Under the pieces are notes generated by a model that searched no databases, was not told where the DNA came from, and saw only the letters and a list, made by a program, of their open reading frames with translations. Shown piece after piece: positions 12,133-23,720 of a DNA stretch of 64,000 bases. Every line of letters starts with the position of its first letter. The first letter of the stretch is position 1. Where the stretch lies: assembly GCA_964106915.2 (NCBI GenBank), contig OZ066914.1, one strand, 5' to 3'. The stretch is from Podarcis gaigeae. Taxonomy: Eukaryota. Both the position numbers and the translations under genes were made by a program.

Positions 12133-12556
12133 GCAAGTACAAAAAAAGAAGGTAAAATTTATGGCTTTGCCACGAGACCACCTTCTTTTGCCTACTCCTC
12201 TTCTTGAACTGTTTCCATTCAAGCTTGTAACTGAGAACTGGTGCCCGAGTTTGTTTTCTTCTTTCCTCCTCATCCGTTTTGGTTTCTTTTCTTTTTAGAT
12301 CATAAGCCTGAGGGCAGGGGCAGTCTTATTTGTTATTGATCTCATGTTATTGATCTCTGGAAGCCCTTCCTCTGAAGAGCAGGGCAAAAATGCTTTCAAT
12401 AAATATTTCTGAGCAGCAGACCTAGAAGTGTGTGGCTACACAAACAACATTTCCAGAAAACTTGAAGCCCCCTCCCCTGCCCCCCAAAACACTGCCCCCC
12501 CCCAGGTTTCTGAGGCAAAATGGAGACTTTGGGGGAAATTGAAATTAACATACTTA

Positions 12557-13055
12557 CCGTATTTTTCGCCCTATAGGACGTACTGGCCCATAGGACGCAC
12601 CTCGTTTTTTTTTGGGGGGGGGGGAGGAAATGAATTTTTAAAATTTATTTTCTCCCCCCCCCCCAGCCATGGGGCTGGGGCGGAGGAAGCCCAAGCTTCC
12701 CCCGACCCCAGCCCACAGAACATGCTGCTGCCCGCAAGCCTTGCAAGCCCGCGGGAACTCCCCCCGGGCGCGCAAGGCTTGCGGACATCTGCCCGAAGCA
12801 CGGGGCATGTTCCGCAGCGCGCCCCGTGCTTCTGGCTGCCGCCCCAAGCCTTGCGCACCCGCGGGAACTCCCGCCGGGCTCGCAAGGCTTGCGGATAGCT
12901 TCCTGAAGCCTGGAGAGCAAGAGGGGTCGGTGCGCACCGACGCCTCTCGCTCTCCAGGCTTCAGTGAAAGCCTGCATTCGTCCCATAGGACGCACACACA
13001 TTTCCCCTTCATTTTTGGAGGGGGAAAATTGCATCCTATAGGGCGAAAAATACGG
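12557..13055. mobile_element. Young GC/CpG-rich Tc1/mariner-superfamily (Tc2/pogo-like) MITE with internal hairpins
   Basis: Perfect TIRs CCGTATTTTTCGCCCTATAGGA / TCCTATAGGGCGAAAAATACGG with TA TSD and a subterminal CCCATAGGACGCAC repeat. Confidence 0.9.
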
Positions 13056-14112
13056 TACTTTCTTATCAAACCTAACATGTTTTAACATAAAATGCACCCT
13101 AACTTGGCACAGTACAATTTTATATTTGGAATATTTCTGAAATGCAGAGAGTTGCCCTCTGTATGTTTACTCATAACTAATACTGATTCTGTTTGGTGGC
13201 ACTCTCAAAGTACCTATGATTACAGTCTCAGAAGAATTAATTTTTACGTTTTGTACAAGCACCGCTGCAAATGCACGCAGTATCAAAGAGCGCAAGCTGT
13301 GAACTGCTACCGTATGCTGCCTTGTACATTTTCTTACCTTAGTTTTTTTGCAATTTGAAGAGGAAAAAATAAAAGCTAAAAGCAGAAATCAATAACTTTG
13401 TATTAAACAAAGTGAAGTGTGCTTGGCGGACAAAAATGGCCTCATATAGTCACAGTCTTCTCATGAACAGTTCTCTTCTCCTCTTAAGGCGTTGTCCTGA
13501 GAGATGGGTCCCCCCCCCACTTTCCATTATAACACTGCCCAAGACCCTTCCAGTCAATTTTTAGTTGCCCCAGCAAAGATGGCGCTGGCTCCGGCAGTAA
13601 TTGCACATAAGCTAACTGGACAAATGAGGCAGGACACAACCTTCTGTTTCCCCTGCCTGGTCAGCTCTATTGGGCTAGTAAAGCAGATCATCTGCTTCAT
13701 CTGTTTGACTGGCTTCCCATACTGGCTGCGGAGGAAGCGTCTTCACTAATCACCAATATGTGCCTGAAAGAAATCAATATTTATTGCAGCTTTCCCAGTA
13801 ATCATCAATATATTTATGTGTGTAATAACATCAAGCAGAGTTTATTTTTTGGGAGGTGAATGGAATACAGTGCCCCTTAAAGAGGGAAAAGGAAAGCACA
13901 CACAAGGTCAAAAATCATGTTACTGAGCCAGTAATGCACACTGATTGCTCTTCTTTTTACTTCAAAAGTGGGCAATAATTGCAGTGAAGCAGAAGGAAGA
14001 GCACGGAGGAAAGTATCAGAAATACAACGCATGTCCTTATTTCGATGCCCTGTTCGTTTCGTTCCCCCTAGATTTGAGATTGCTAACTTCCCAGCTTCCT
14101 TCTTAATTTCAG

Positions 14113-14349
14113 GGAATGCATTTGCTGTGTGACACCATCACAGAATGCTGGGACCATGATCCTGAAGCCAGACTCACAGCTCACTGCGTGGCAGAGCGGT
14201 TCAACCTGATGGTGCAGACGGACTGTGATGACATCCTCAACAACAACAACAGCAGCAGCAGTAGCCATGGCAGCAGCCTTGGTGATGAGGCAAGCAAAAT
14301 GGGTTGCCCAATAGATGAGAATCAAGGGAGTGACAGGAATATCCAATGA
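14113..14349 (+). CDS. TGFBR2L: TGFBR2-like terminal coding exon (equivalent to exon 7)
   Basis: tttcAG|GGA. Encodes [33 protein letters not shown], stop TGA at 14347-14349. Confidence 0.96.
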   Translation, partial: GMHLLCDTITECWDHDPEARLTAHCVAERFNLMVQTDCDDILNNNNSSSSSHGSSLGDEASKMGCPIDENQGSDRNIQ

Positions 14350-14444
14350 CTGGAGGAAGAAATAAAAGCTGGACAGAAGCACCAATGGACATGCCACTCA
14401 GAAAAAAAAATACCTCCCCCAAACCCCATTTAGTTCTCTGAATG

Positions 14445-14450
14445 AATAAA
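14445..14450 (+). terminator. Probable polyadenylation signal of TGFBR2-like
   Basis: AATAAA about 95 nt after the stop, followed by T-rich sequence. Alternatives at 14361 and 14743. Confidence 0.5.
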
Positions 14451-14563
14451 ACGTATTTACAAGCCCTTTTGATTTACTAGGCAAAAAGGCAGTCATTGTA
14501 TTATGTTCAGCACACAATATAAATCATTTTATACTTATTTTAAATGTATAACACAAAAAATTC

Positions 14564-14569
14564 TTTATT
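14564..14569 (-). terminator. Probable distal polyadenylation signal of OSBPL11
   Basis: Minus-strand AATAAA followed by GAATTTTTTGTGTTATACA. It closes an interspersed-repeat-free AT-rich stretch downstream of the OSBPL11 stop. Confidence 0.5.
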
Positions 14570-15541
14570 TTTAAAAAGATTCACAATTAATAGGCATTTT
14601 TTAAAAAACCCACGCAATGTTCATTCTTTATGAGGGGTAAGGCAGAGTATTGACCCCAGCCTGTTATTAGATCACACAAGAAATTGCTAGAACCATTAGG
14701 TGTTAATCAGAGAAGAACTCCATTCGCTTGCTTTTTTGAAAAAATAAATATTTTTTTCTATTAACACAGGCTTCCAAAGTTTTGAAAAATTTGTTACATC
14801 TCTCAGACTTTGAAGAAACCCAATATTGATACCATGTTTATTCCTAAAGTTAAGGTTTGACGCCTAACTCTTTCTGCAAACTTTCCTTCCTAATTTCCAC
14901 TATTGTCATCTCAGCCAAAACCCACATTTTGTCTAACCAGCTTATTTGGTCTTTAAGCTGTTCTTTCACTTCAATAGAACATCTATTAAATTAGAACGCC
15001 AAACAAACGCAATGTGGGCTTCCGAGTAAGAGCCAGGGCTTTTCAGCATCCCACCCTTTCCACAGGAGTACCGCACGCCACCTGAAAAGCCACTTGTGAC
15101 AGTCACTGCTCTCTTTGGACAAGACAAGGCGTTGGCTACTGGATGAGGAGGATCTCTGCACAGGCATGGGGCTCTCTGGATTCTGGACTAAGATTGCAAC
15201 TGTAAGCATACTGGGGAACTTAAGTTCTATTGAAACCAACAGGAGATACTTGAACTATATATATTTATGTTTCACAGTGAAAGACACTGGCTTGTGTGGA
15301 AACCTGGCATTCTGTAGCAACTACTGGCAGATTTCTATTTCTTTTGTTATTTTGAATGGGCTGCTTTCCACGAAAACTATACAGCAAGTTCATGGAAGCA
15401 TACAGCTTGCCTACAATGCCAAAGCACCATCTCATCTTATTCGCAAAAGCTGTGCAAGCTCTCTATGAAGAGAAATCTGGATGCTTCAGAAGTGGCATTT
15501 GGGTCATCTGCGTGTTTGAACAGACCAGAGCAGTGTGAGAC

Positions 15542-15543
<2 letters not shown>

Positions 15544-15588
<45 letters not shown>
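15544..15588. repeat. (GA)n microsatellite
   Basis: Uninterrupted GA run of about 22 units. Confidence 0.98.
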
Positions 15589-15593
<5 letters not shown>

Positions 15594-17416
15594 ATATTCT
15601 TAAAAGCCCACAAATTCTGAACTGGAAAATCCTATTCCACAATTTGAAGCTGAATATGCTGTCAGCACTGAGCACCACAATGATATGAACACAGACAAAA
15701 AACAAACAAACAGTTCCGTTTGGTAGCTTTATTTCCTTCCCTCCCCATTTTCTCACACATGGAATAGTACACTAGTCGCATTAAGATTTCAGTGCATTTC
15801 ACAGCAAAAAAAAAAGTACAAGGGAATCTTAACACATGTGCATAACCCTCCCCCCCAAATTCCCCCAAACACTTTTCAGACTTTGTGGAAAATGAGGGTG
15901 ATTACTTAACCACTCTCGGGTGCATTCGGATAACCTTTTCCCTTAATATGGAAGAAAAAACTAAACACACTTGACCAGCACACACAGAGTATGAAGGTTT
16001 TCATGATGGCAGGGAGAGGCCCCACTGTTGACACAAACCAGAAGATGACAGATAATGGTATATACACTGATTGGAAGACTACATCAGAAGAAACAGAGTA
16101 AGGCACCACTCTTAGAAAAATTAAGGTAGCTTGTAATAACAAGAATGAAAGCCATAAATCAGTACTATTCTTAATTGCCAGCAATTCTTAGACTTCCATA
16201 AAATATTGGTATCATAAAAAACAATGGACGTTTTTACCTGAACATGGTTTTCCGGTATCAGATTGCAACTGGTTTTGTATGTAGTCCCATAGCAAAAAAA
16301 CAAGCCTTCTCAGGTGTTGTAGAAAAACCAAAGTGACGGTCTTTGTACTCAGCGGGCACACAAAGATGTCTGACTCGGAACTTACACAGAAGACTAATCA
16401 AATCACTTGCCTGGGCAACCTGTAACACTGACTCTGTCTCAGAGATGATCCATGGAGAACAGTGAGGGGGGGCAATGAACTGAAGTATATATCTATATAG
16501 ATATATTTTAAAAAGGACACATCAGTCAAGTCTGAGCTTCAGTCTCTTCAAAGAGACAGAACATCTTCAGGGTATTTACAGCAGTTTGCTAAGGAAGTGA
16601 AGCTGGCGGGAGGTTAAGGGAAATTCTAGAGCTCAAAATTGTTCTGAATTTTACTGCTCCCACCTTTCTCTCCACAACTCTTTCACATATAGGAAACACC
16701 CCATAGTTACAATTCTAATCTACTTTAGAATGTTGTGGGGTGTGTGTGTTGTTTTTTTTTAAAAAAGGTGTGGTTTACGTGACTCCCTCATTCTTCCACA
16801 GCCATGCACACTTTGCCTCCGAAGAATAATTAAAAAAAGAAGTGTCAAGTCCTGATCCAGACAGTTCAATAACACTGATTCCAAGGTCAACTTGAAGAGC
16901 TTCCTCTTCAAGGTTTTCAGCAGGAATAATAATTCAGAGCAGCAAAAGGTGTTTCTCTATATGGGCACTGAGTAGTTCAGAAACAGGTGGAAAATGGAGC
17001 ACAGATTGGGAAGAACTGTTCAGCTATTACTCCAGAAGCAATTCCACCTGGGCAGAACAGCATAGCAGCTCTGAATGCTACTGTTTCTAGAAGATTTTAT
17101 ATATATATATAAAATATCTTAGGCAGCTTTTGCAGTAGGTGTGCTTAGAAAGAATACAATACACAGTTCAGATAAAATCTTCAGTGCCATATAAAAAATT
17201 TTTTGAAGTGGGGGGGAGAAGACATACCTGGCAAGGTTCTCTCTCGCTATCTTTTGATTTTCTGCAACTTTAAAGTGCCCTAGTAGTTTATTCCATTATG
17301 CTTACTTAATTTTGTGCAATTGTATAAAAATCCCAAAGGACTGTTAGTGAGACACAGCATTTTGGAAGTTGTAGGGATTAGAACAAAAAAGAAGAATAAT
17401 TTTGAAGAAATGTCAT

Positions 17417-17494
17417 CTAGTTTGTGTCTGCTGGTTGATTTTGTACGGCAGGCATTCTTTTCCAAAGAGGGTTATAATAAACCCAGCCCTCTCC
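17417..17494 (-). CDS. OSBPL11: OSBPL11 coding exon 13
   Basis: tttcAG|GGA. Encodes GEGWVYYNPLWKRMPAVQNQPADTN, stop TAG (human GDGWVYHKPLWK..QPAE). Confidence 0.93.
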   Translation of the reverse strand, partial: GEGWVYYNPLWKRMPAVQNQPADTN

Positions 17495-17914
17495 CTGAAA
17501 TTCAAACAAAGAACAAGATTACTCAGTTCAGGAAAATTATTCATGTAAATTCAATGGCGAATGCTAATTGTCCTAAGAACTGAGTAGTGCACTACTGCCC
17601 AGAGACTGACCATAACCATAATATCTGAAACCACAATTTGATCCTTCTCACTATCCACAGTTTAAACAATCCACAGTTGCCTGAGTTTGGATACCTTCAG
17701 GAAACCTACAAACTTCAAATCAGAAGCTGAATTTACAGGTACAAAACTGGAGAGTTGGAAGGGGACTATATATGCCTGAGGCTCACTATAACTCCCTTAC
17801 CAGAAAACCAGAGCTTTCTAATACATCTAGGGACACAGGTGACCATTGTTCTCACCCTGGCATCTGATTGGCTACTGTGAGAACAGGAAGGAGTAGACGG
17901 GCTCTTTTTACGTT

Positions 17915-18100
17915 CTTATAGGAAGCTGCCTTACACTATGCCAGACCATTAATCCATCTAGCTCAATATTGCCCACATTGTGTGGCAGTGGCTCTGCAAG
18001 GTTTCAGATAAGAACATTCCCAGTCCTACTTGGAGAAGCCAAGGATTGAATTTAGGCCCTTCTGCATACAAGTCAGATGCTCCAACGCTGAACTACAGAT
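17915..18100 (-). mobile_element. tRNA-headed squamate SINE (Squam3-like)
   Basis: Same body motif as the 8040 copy, plus a reversed tRNA-like head GGGATTGAA..CCTTCTGCAT..CTCCAACGCTGAACTAC. Confidence 0.65.
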
Positions 18101-18618
18101 GAACTGAGTCAGTGCATAGTCTGGCCCTTACAAGAGAAGAAAGCCTAATTTTGGACTTCCTCCCTAGGCGCTAGAGATTCTTCACCATAGCGGCTAATAG
18201 GAGATCTCTAGTTCGGTACTTCCTAGTACAAATCTCAGCCACAGACTCAGACAAGTCACAATATCTTATGCTTGCAAGATAAGGATAATAATGCTAACCT
18301 ACAAGACAGGATTGTTGCAAATGTGACTTATTAATATGAAGCCAAAACTACAGTTCAGTTCCAAAAAGAAGCATATACATTGAGCATGTAGAGAAACTGA
18401 AGTGAAGACATTAATCTATAAAATAAAGTGGCAAGAAAAATGTTGCAGCAGAGGCTATTTATATTCAACTATCTTCTGTATATATGTGAGCTTTTTAAAA
18501 AAAAATGCAAAGAACTAAGAAGAGAAATATTTTTTATATTTACAGAGGCAAGCAGTAGCCCCTATGACATGCTGGAAGGTTGGCATTTTAAATATTTAAC
18601 TTGTGTTGAGGTACTTAC

Positions 18619-18772
18619 ATCTTTGACGAAGTACTTAGTTTGCCACGGTTCTCCTGTCTCAGCCCGGAGTCGTTCTTCATTTCTCTGCCGTTCCTCAAGT
18701 GCTTTCTTATGCTCTGTCGCCTTATCAATGTCCCCGTCCCTCAGAGACTCTGTCACATGTTGCCACAGCTTC
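18619..18772 (-). CDS. OSBPL11: OSBPL11 coding exon 12
   Basis: 154 nt with AG/GT ends. Encodes [51 protein letters not shown]. Confidence 0.96.
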
Positions 18773-19265
18773 CTGAATTTAAAAAGGTACAGCTGACTTC
18801 AAGCTCTCTTAGCAGGTCAGCATGTTGTCAAAACTTGCAGCACATGAGCAGAATTCACAGCTATAATCTTGGCTCCTCTCAGATTAAGAATAAGGTGAAC
18901 TGAAAGGCAAGAAGGAACTGCCACCGTATCCTGGAAGTGCTTTCTCTCCAGAAAAAATTATGAGGAATTTGCAGTGCAATATAGAATGTAGCTGTTACCC
19001 AACTGAAGAATAAAAATGCATGGCAGCAGTGGAGAACCTCAGTGCAGCCACATTTAACGAAAGTGCCAAACCATTCTATGAAGAACCTCTAATTCTCTGG
19101 GCCATTTTTTGAGAGAGCCTCCTATGCTCATTTTGGTTTTCCTAACACATTTAAAAAAAACAAAAAACCACTTTGGCTCCCTCAAATATGAATGAAAAAG
19201 AAATGCAGGCATCTAAGTGTACCCAGTAAGTGTTAAATGTGAAAACGTAAAAGAACTTCTCTTAC

Positions 19266-19448
19266 CTGGACTCAAATGCCCCTTGTTTCTCAATGGGTCG
19301 GACTCGTTTTCTTGTGACAGACAGCTTTGTCAAGTCCATGCATTTTGTCTCTCCATTGCTGTAGGTGAATTCAAGGATGCTATTCCATTCCCCTTGCACT
19401 CTACAGACAACAGTGTTGGTAGCGTTCTGTTTCACCTCACCAGTAACC
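19266..19448 (-). CDS. OSBPL11: OSBPL11 coding exon 11
   Basis: 183 nt with AG/GT ends. Encodes [60 protein letters not shown]. Confidence 0.96.
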
Positions 19449-20018
19449 CTAAAAAAACAGCATTCAAAAAGTAAAATGTGACAATAGCTGGATTAGCCCA
19501 CGCTCTGTATTCATGTAGGGTTACAGCTCACATCGTGTTATTTATTTTTAGAAACAGAGGAATACATGCAAATTCTAGTACAGCAAGATTTGAGTGCTCG
19601 TCATCTTCTTTGCAAATGTGTTTTAAAAAGCTACATTTCTAATGTTTAACTGTGCAGCTAGTTCAAAACAGTTTTCAAACAAGAAACAAAATAGTAAACT
19701 TAGGAGCCCACTAATTATTTTTGCACTCATCTCTTGCATTTTACTTCTTTAAAAATCATTGTTTTCTGTTGATGGCAGCTCAAGAATTTCATGCCATGGA
19801 GGGTTGAGAGAGAGAGATCGAGATCAACTTTTAAATATGTGGCTTGCCAATTAATACTGAACGACAAAGTTTAATGGGAACTTCACCAAATTTGTGAAAT
19901 CTAGCGTATCAAAAAAGGAGCATTTTGATTACAATTCAATGCTAGATGGGTTTCTGGTGGTCTCCTCTAAGCTTTCTAAGATAGGAATACATTAGACTGG
20001 ATAAACGTTCCTCTGCAT

Positions 20019-20155
20019 CAAGGGTGGCTACCCTGTAGCCCTCTGGACGTTGCTGGACTCCAACTCCCATCAGTCCCAACCAGCATGGCCAATGGTCAGG
20101 CATAAGGGGAGCCGCAGTCCAACAACCTCTTGAAAGGCCATTGGTTGGCCACTGC
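20019..20155. mobile_element. Short quasi-palindromic hAT-like MITE (dispersed family)
   Basis: GTTGCTGGACTCCAACTCCCATC..GGGAGCCGCAGTCCAACAAC. Degenerate relatives lie near 2680-2810, 10535-10684, 57350-57420 and 61782-61924. Confidence 0.6.
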
Positions 20156-20837
20156 TACCTTAACATGCTGATTACAGAGAAGTATTGCAGATTTTGGATT
20201 ACAGAGAAATATGCAGTTTTCCCAACATCCTGTTAAAAATACCAATACCGACCAATACTAAATATGAAATAGTGTCTAGATATTATATTCTATGTTAAAA
20301 CTCCCTGAAACCAGATGTTTCCCTAGCATTATTTTAAACCTAAGCAAATGCGAATTGTACTATGGAAGCCAACTTTTGCCTCAGCAATTCAGCTGTGCAC
20401 AATACAGTTCCGCTCAATAAAAAGTATTTAATAGTAAAGTTCTCTGAAAAATCTATAGTAACATTATTTTCATTACAATATCAACTAGCAGCAGAGTCAC
20501 TATGACAGCATTTTCTCTCTTGTACTTATGACTACAAAAAGCTCATACAAACACTTATCCAAAGTCCCATTGGAAATTGAAATGACAGACAAGTGCTTTG
20601 ATGTATTTGATTTAATGGAAATAGTTATTGGCCATCTTTCAAGGCAAATGCTCTCCCAAGGCACTTGATATAGAAGCATAAAATTAGGAAGCACAATTTC
20701 AATAGCACAACACAATACATAAAATTCTGCTATTATTTCCCACTACTTCCCTGCCAGGGGCCAGAGTTCAATCAATCTTCTGCAAATATTTAACTAGTTA
20801 AATAAATCAAGGTGGTTTTAGATGCTGAAAATCTAGC

Positions 20838-20910
20838 TGAGATTCCTGCACTGCAGGGGGTTGGACTAGATGACCCTGAGGACCCCTTCCAACTCTACAG
20901 TTCTCTGAAG
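20838..20910 (+). mobile_element. CR1-type 3' tail fragment
   Basis: CCTGCACTGCAGGGGGTTGGACTAGATGACCCT..CCCTTCCAACTCTA. Confidence 0.7.
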
Positions 20911-21212
20911 ATCCTTTTCGAGTTACTGAGACTCTTTGACTTGAAAGGGACATTTCAACAAGCACCAAAAGCATTTCAGAAAAGGTTTAGCTTCCTTTTA
21001 AATGTCCTTCTCAAGTTTTCAGAACAAAGTGGTGAAGTGGCTTGCTTAGATCAGTAGCAGCAGCAGCAGCAGCATACATGGACTTCATTTTTACAACATC
21101 CGGCTCGAAAGAGGAAGATGAAAAGATGCCATAAGAATTCCCATAAGAAAACTTATCTGCAATTGATTCTGCACTACATTACACAAAACGCCTGCCAACC
21201 ATAAATACTTAC

Positions 21213-21399
21213 CGGTGAAGCTTGCCACCATAGAATGGTTTGGTATGGAAAGTAATACTTGCAGAGTATCCCGTTTTTGCACAATTAACACTGACTTTTC
21301 CTCCCAGTTCTACCCAAGGGACAGTCAGAATTGACCGAGCATATGCACAAGGCAGAGAAAACGTGTACTCCTCTCCATGGTCCAAGAGACTTAAAATAC
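21213..21399 (-). CDS. OSBPL11: OSBPL11 coding exon 10
   Basis: 187 nt. Encodes [63 protein letters not shown]. Confidence 0.97.
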
Positions 21400-23229
21400 C
21401 TGCGAGACAAGAGAAATTCACATCAGCTCCACAATAACAGAAACAAATAATTCATACTCCCCATACTTATAGTAGAGGATGCAGAGAACCAGGACATTTT
21501 TATCATTTAGTATTATCAATGATATATCACTTACTTAAGGTGACAACAGCCCTTTTCTTTTAACTCACAGAGGAGCTACTTGCACAAACAGTATAGGGTT
21601 GTATCCAGCCAAGCTTGTTTGTTTATAAAAATATTTATATACTGCTATTTCATAAAGTTATCAAAGTGGTTTACAACAAAAGTACATAAAAGCATGCAGC
21701 AAAAACCATATTAGAAAGATTAAAATCAGTTGCTGTTCCGTTAGTACAAGGACTTTTGCCTGTGCAATATAACTTCTTCCCCCTGAGACGACACCCCCCA
21801 CACCTGCAAATATGCTCTGGAGGGTTGGGAGATCCCTTGGAATAGATGGAAAGAAGTCCTACTGCGTATGTGGAAATCCTTGCTCTAGCAGGACTTTGTT
21901 GTATATGTTAGGAAATTACGATCATTAATTGTAAAGACAGAAGATATACCTCCCGTTTTCCTGTGAGTGATAAAATTCATTGGGTTCATCTCCATTTGCA
22001 TTTTCTACTTAAGAGGCCAACATAGTTTAGAACAGTAAAGCCTATGACCCTTCCCCCCCCCCCCCGCATCACAATTCCTCTACATTTCTGAGGCTTGCTG
22101 GTATCTATGTCTTACTGTGACTTGTCAAACAACCCTACATTACAAAAAATGTCTCCACTGTATAATGTTGAGCAACAGAGTAAGATTAGTTTTGGGTGCA
22201 GGATGGACGGCATCACCTCTCACAAGGAACTAGAGCAAAGCAACAGTTTCAGAAAAAGGGGTCTGTGCGCCTGGAATTCTGTAGGCAATATCTGAAATTA
22301 ACAGAAATGTGCAATGCAAAAGAACCAAAGAAGAAACTGGAATGCATACTAGGGCCAGGACATAGGCATCATAAAAGAAGGCACAAAAGACATCATCTGG
22401 AGACAAACTTTTTTATCATTTTCACGTGCTACAAGATTTCCGAACTTGGTCCCAGCTGCTCCCAAAACAACTGAAGTCCACTGTAAGTTCTGACACGACT
22501 GGAGCCTGTCTTCTTCTCTGACCAAGAGACCAAAGAGAGGTTGCCCTTGGAAGGAGCACCTAATCCTGTAGTCTGTTGCATCAGCAGCTGGCTGGGTCAG
22601 AGGGCATAAAAGCTCAGCTGCCCTTGGGTGGTAGGCTTGCCACCAAAAGGGTGACACTAAGGGGGTTCATTCCTCATAAGGTGTCTGTGCTTCTTGCACA
22701 GGGTGAGAACCTGGACGGTGAATTGTATGACTGGAGAAAGTTGCCAGATTCTCCCAGGGCAAGAGCCTGCAATGTGAATATGAGGCAGGACTGGAGTGTG
22801 GCAGGGACCAGGTGGTTTGTACATGCTTTTAGTAAAGCTGTTCATAACCAGCTAGATACCTTCTGGGATAACTGATGGGTAGTAGTAAATTTTTATTGTT
22901 GGGCTGTTATTTATATCATGGGCTTGTGAAGAGCTGAACATGGTTAGGGTGAGAAATGGCTATGGGAGACAAGTTATCACAGAAGTCGAGGGAGAGGCTA
23001 TTTACACCTTGATTCTTGCTCCCACCTCTCCCATGGCTGGGTTCCTGGTGGTTCATCTGCTGTGGCAATCAGCCTGTCCATGGTGCATATGAGACCTGGG
23101 TGGGCAAGCTGGGAGTTGATCTGACTCAGCTCTGCCCACCTGACTACAGCATCAGCACAAGCTAAAGAGATAGGGTGGCAATGAAGTGGATGTGGCCCAT
23201 AGTACTTCCATCTACATCACCAGAAAAAA

Positions 23230-23720
23230 ACCCTGTCTTGGAGCTGGTTGTTAGGGCCTGTACCTGTTGTTGGGCCAAGAAGACAGTCAACAAGGGTCAC
23301 TGCTGGTTTACCATCTACTCTGCTGCTCACCAGCTTATCTGACCAAGCTGATGGGCATGGTGATGGAGGAACCCCTAACAATTGTCCTGGATGATGTCAA
23401 CATCCATGCAGAGGATGCCTCAGGTGTTCCTTTTCAGGGCCTCAGGGCCTCCATGACACCCATGGGGCTGTCCCAAGTTATCATTGACCCAACACACTGG
23501 CCAGGGAACACCCTCAATCTGGTCTTTGCTCCAGATGGAGGAAGGGGTTTACTGGAAGTAGCAGGGGGCTCATGGTCAAACCACTTTCTGGTGAAGTATG
23601 GTCTAGTGGCTTTGATCCACCCCTGCAGGGGTGGGGTACTGAATTGGATGGCCCACCCCCACCACTGGAGATTAATGGAATCCAATGGGTGCCTAAATGC
23701 CCTGGACCTTTCCCCCAGTA
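23230..23720 (+). mobile_element. Decayed L2/CR1-clade LINE endonuclease fragment
   Basis: ORF 23267..23725 has [34 protein letters not shown], a degenerate APE-domain pattern (GDFN/PTH..G.TLD/SDH). Confidence 0.7.

Larger units (their letters stand above)
14545..17416 (-). other. OSBPL11: Putative OSBPL11 3' UTR (~2.9 kb)
   Basis: No recognisable transposon, several 8-mer miRNA seed matches and a Pumilio motif on the minus strand, and a polyA signal at its end. Confidence 0.55.

Noticed and set aside
12428-13097. Five overlapping 100-156 aa ORFs on both strands
   Set aside because: By-product of the GC-rich palindromic MITE, with no transposase or other domain similarity.
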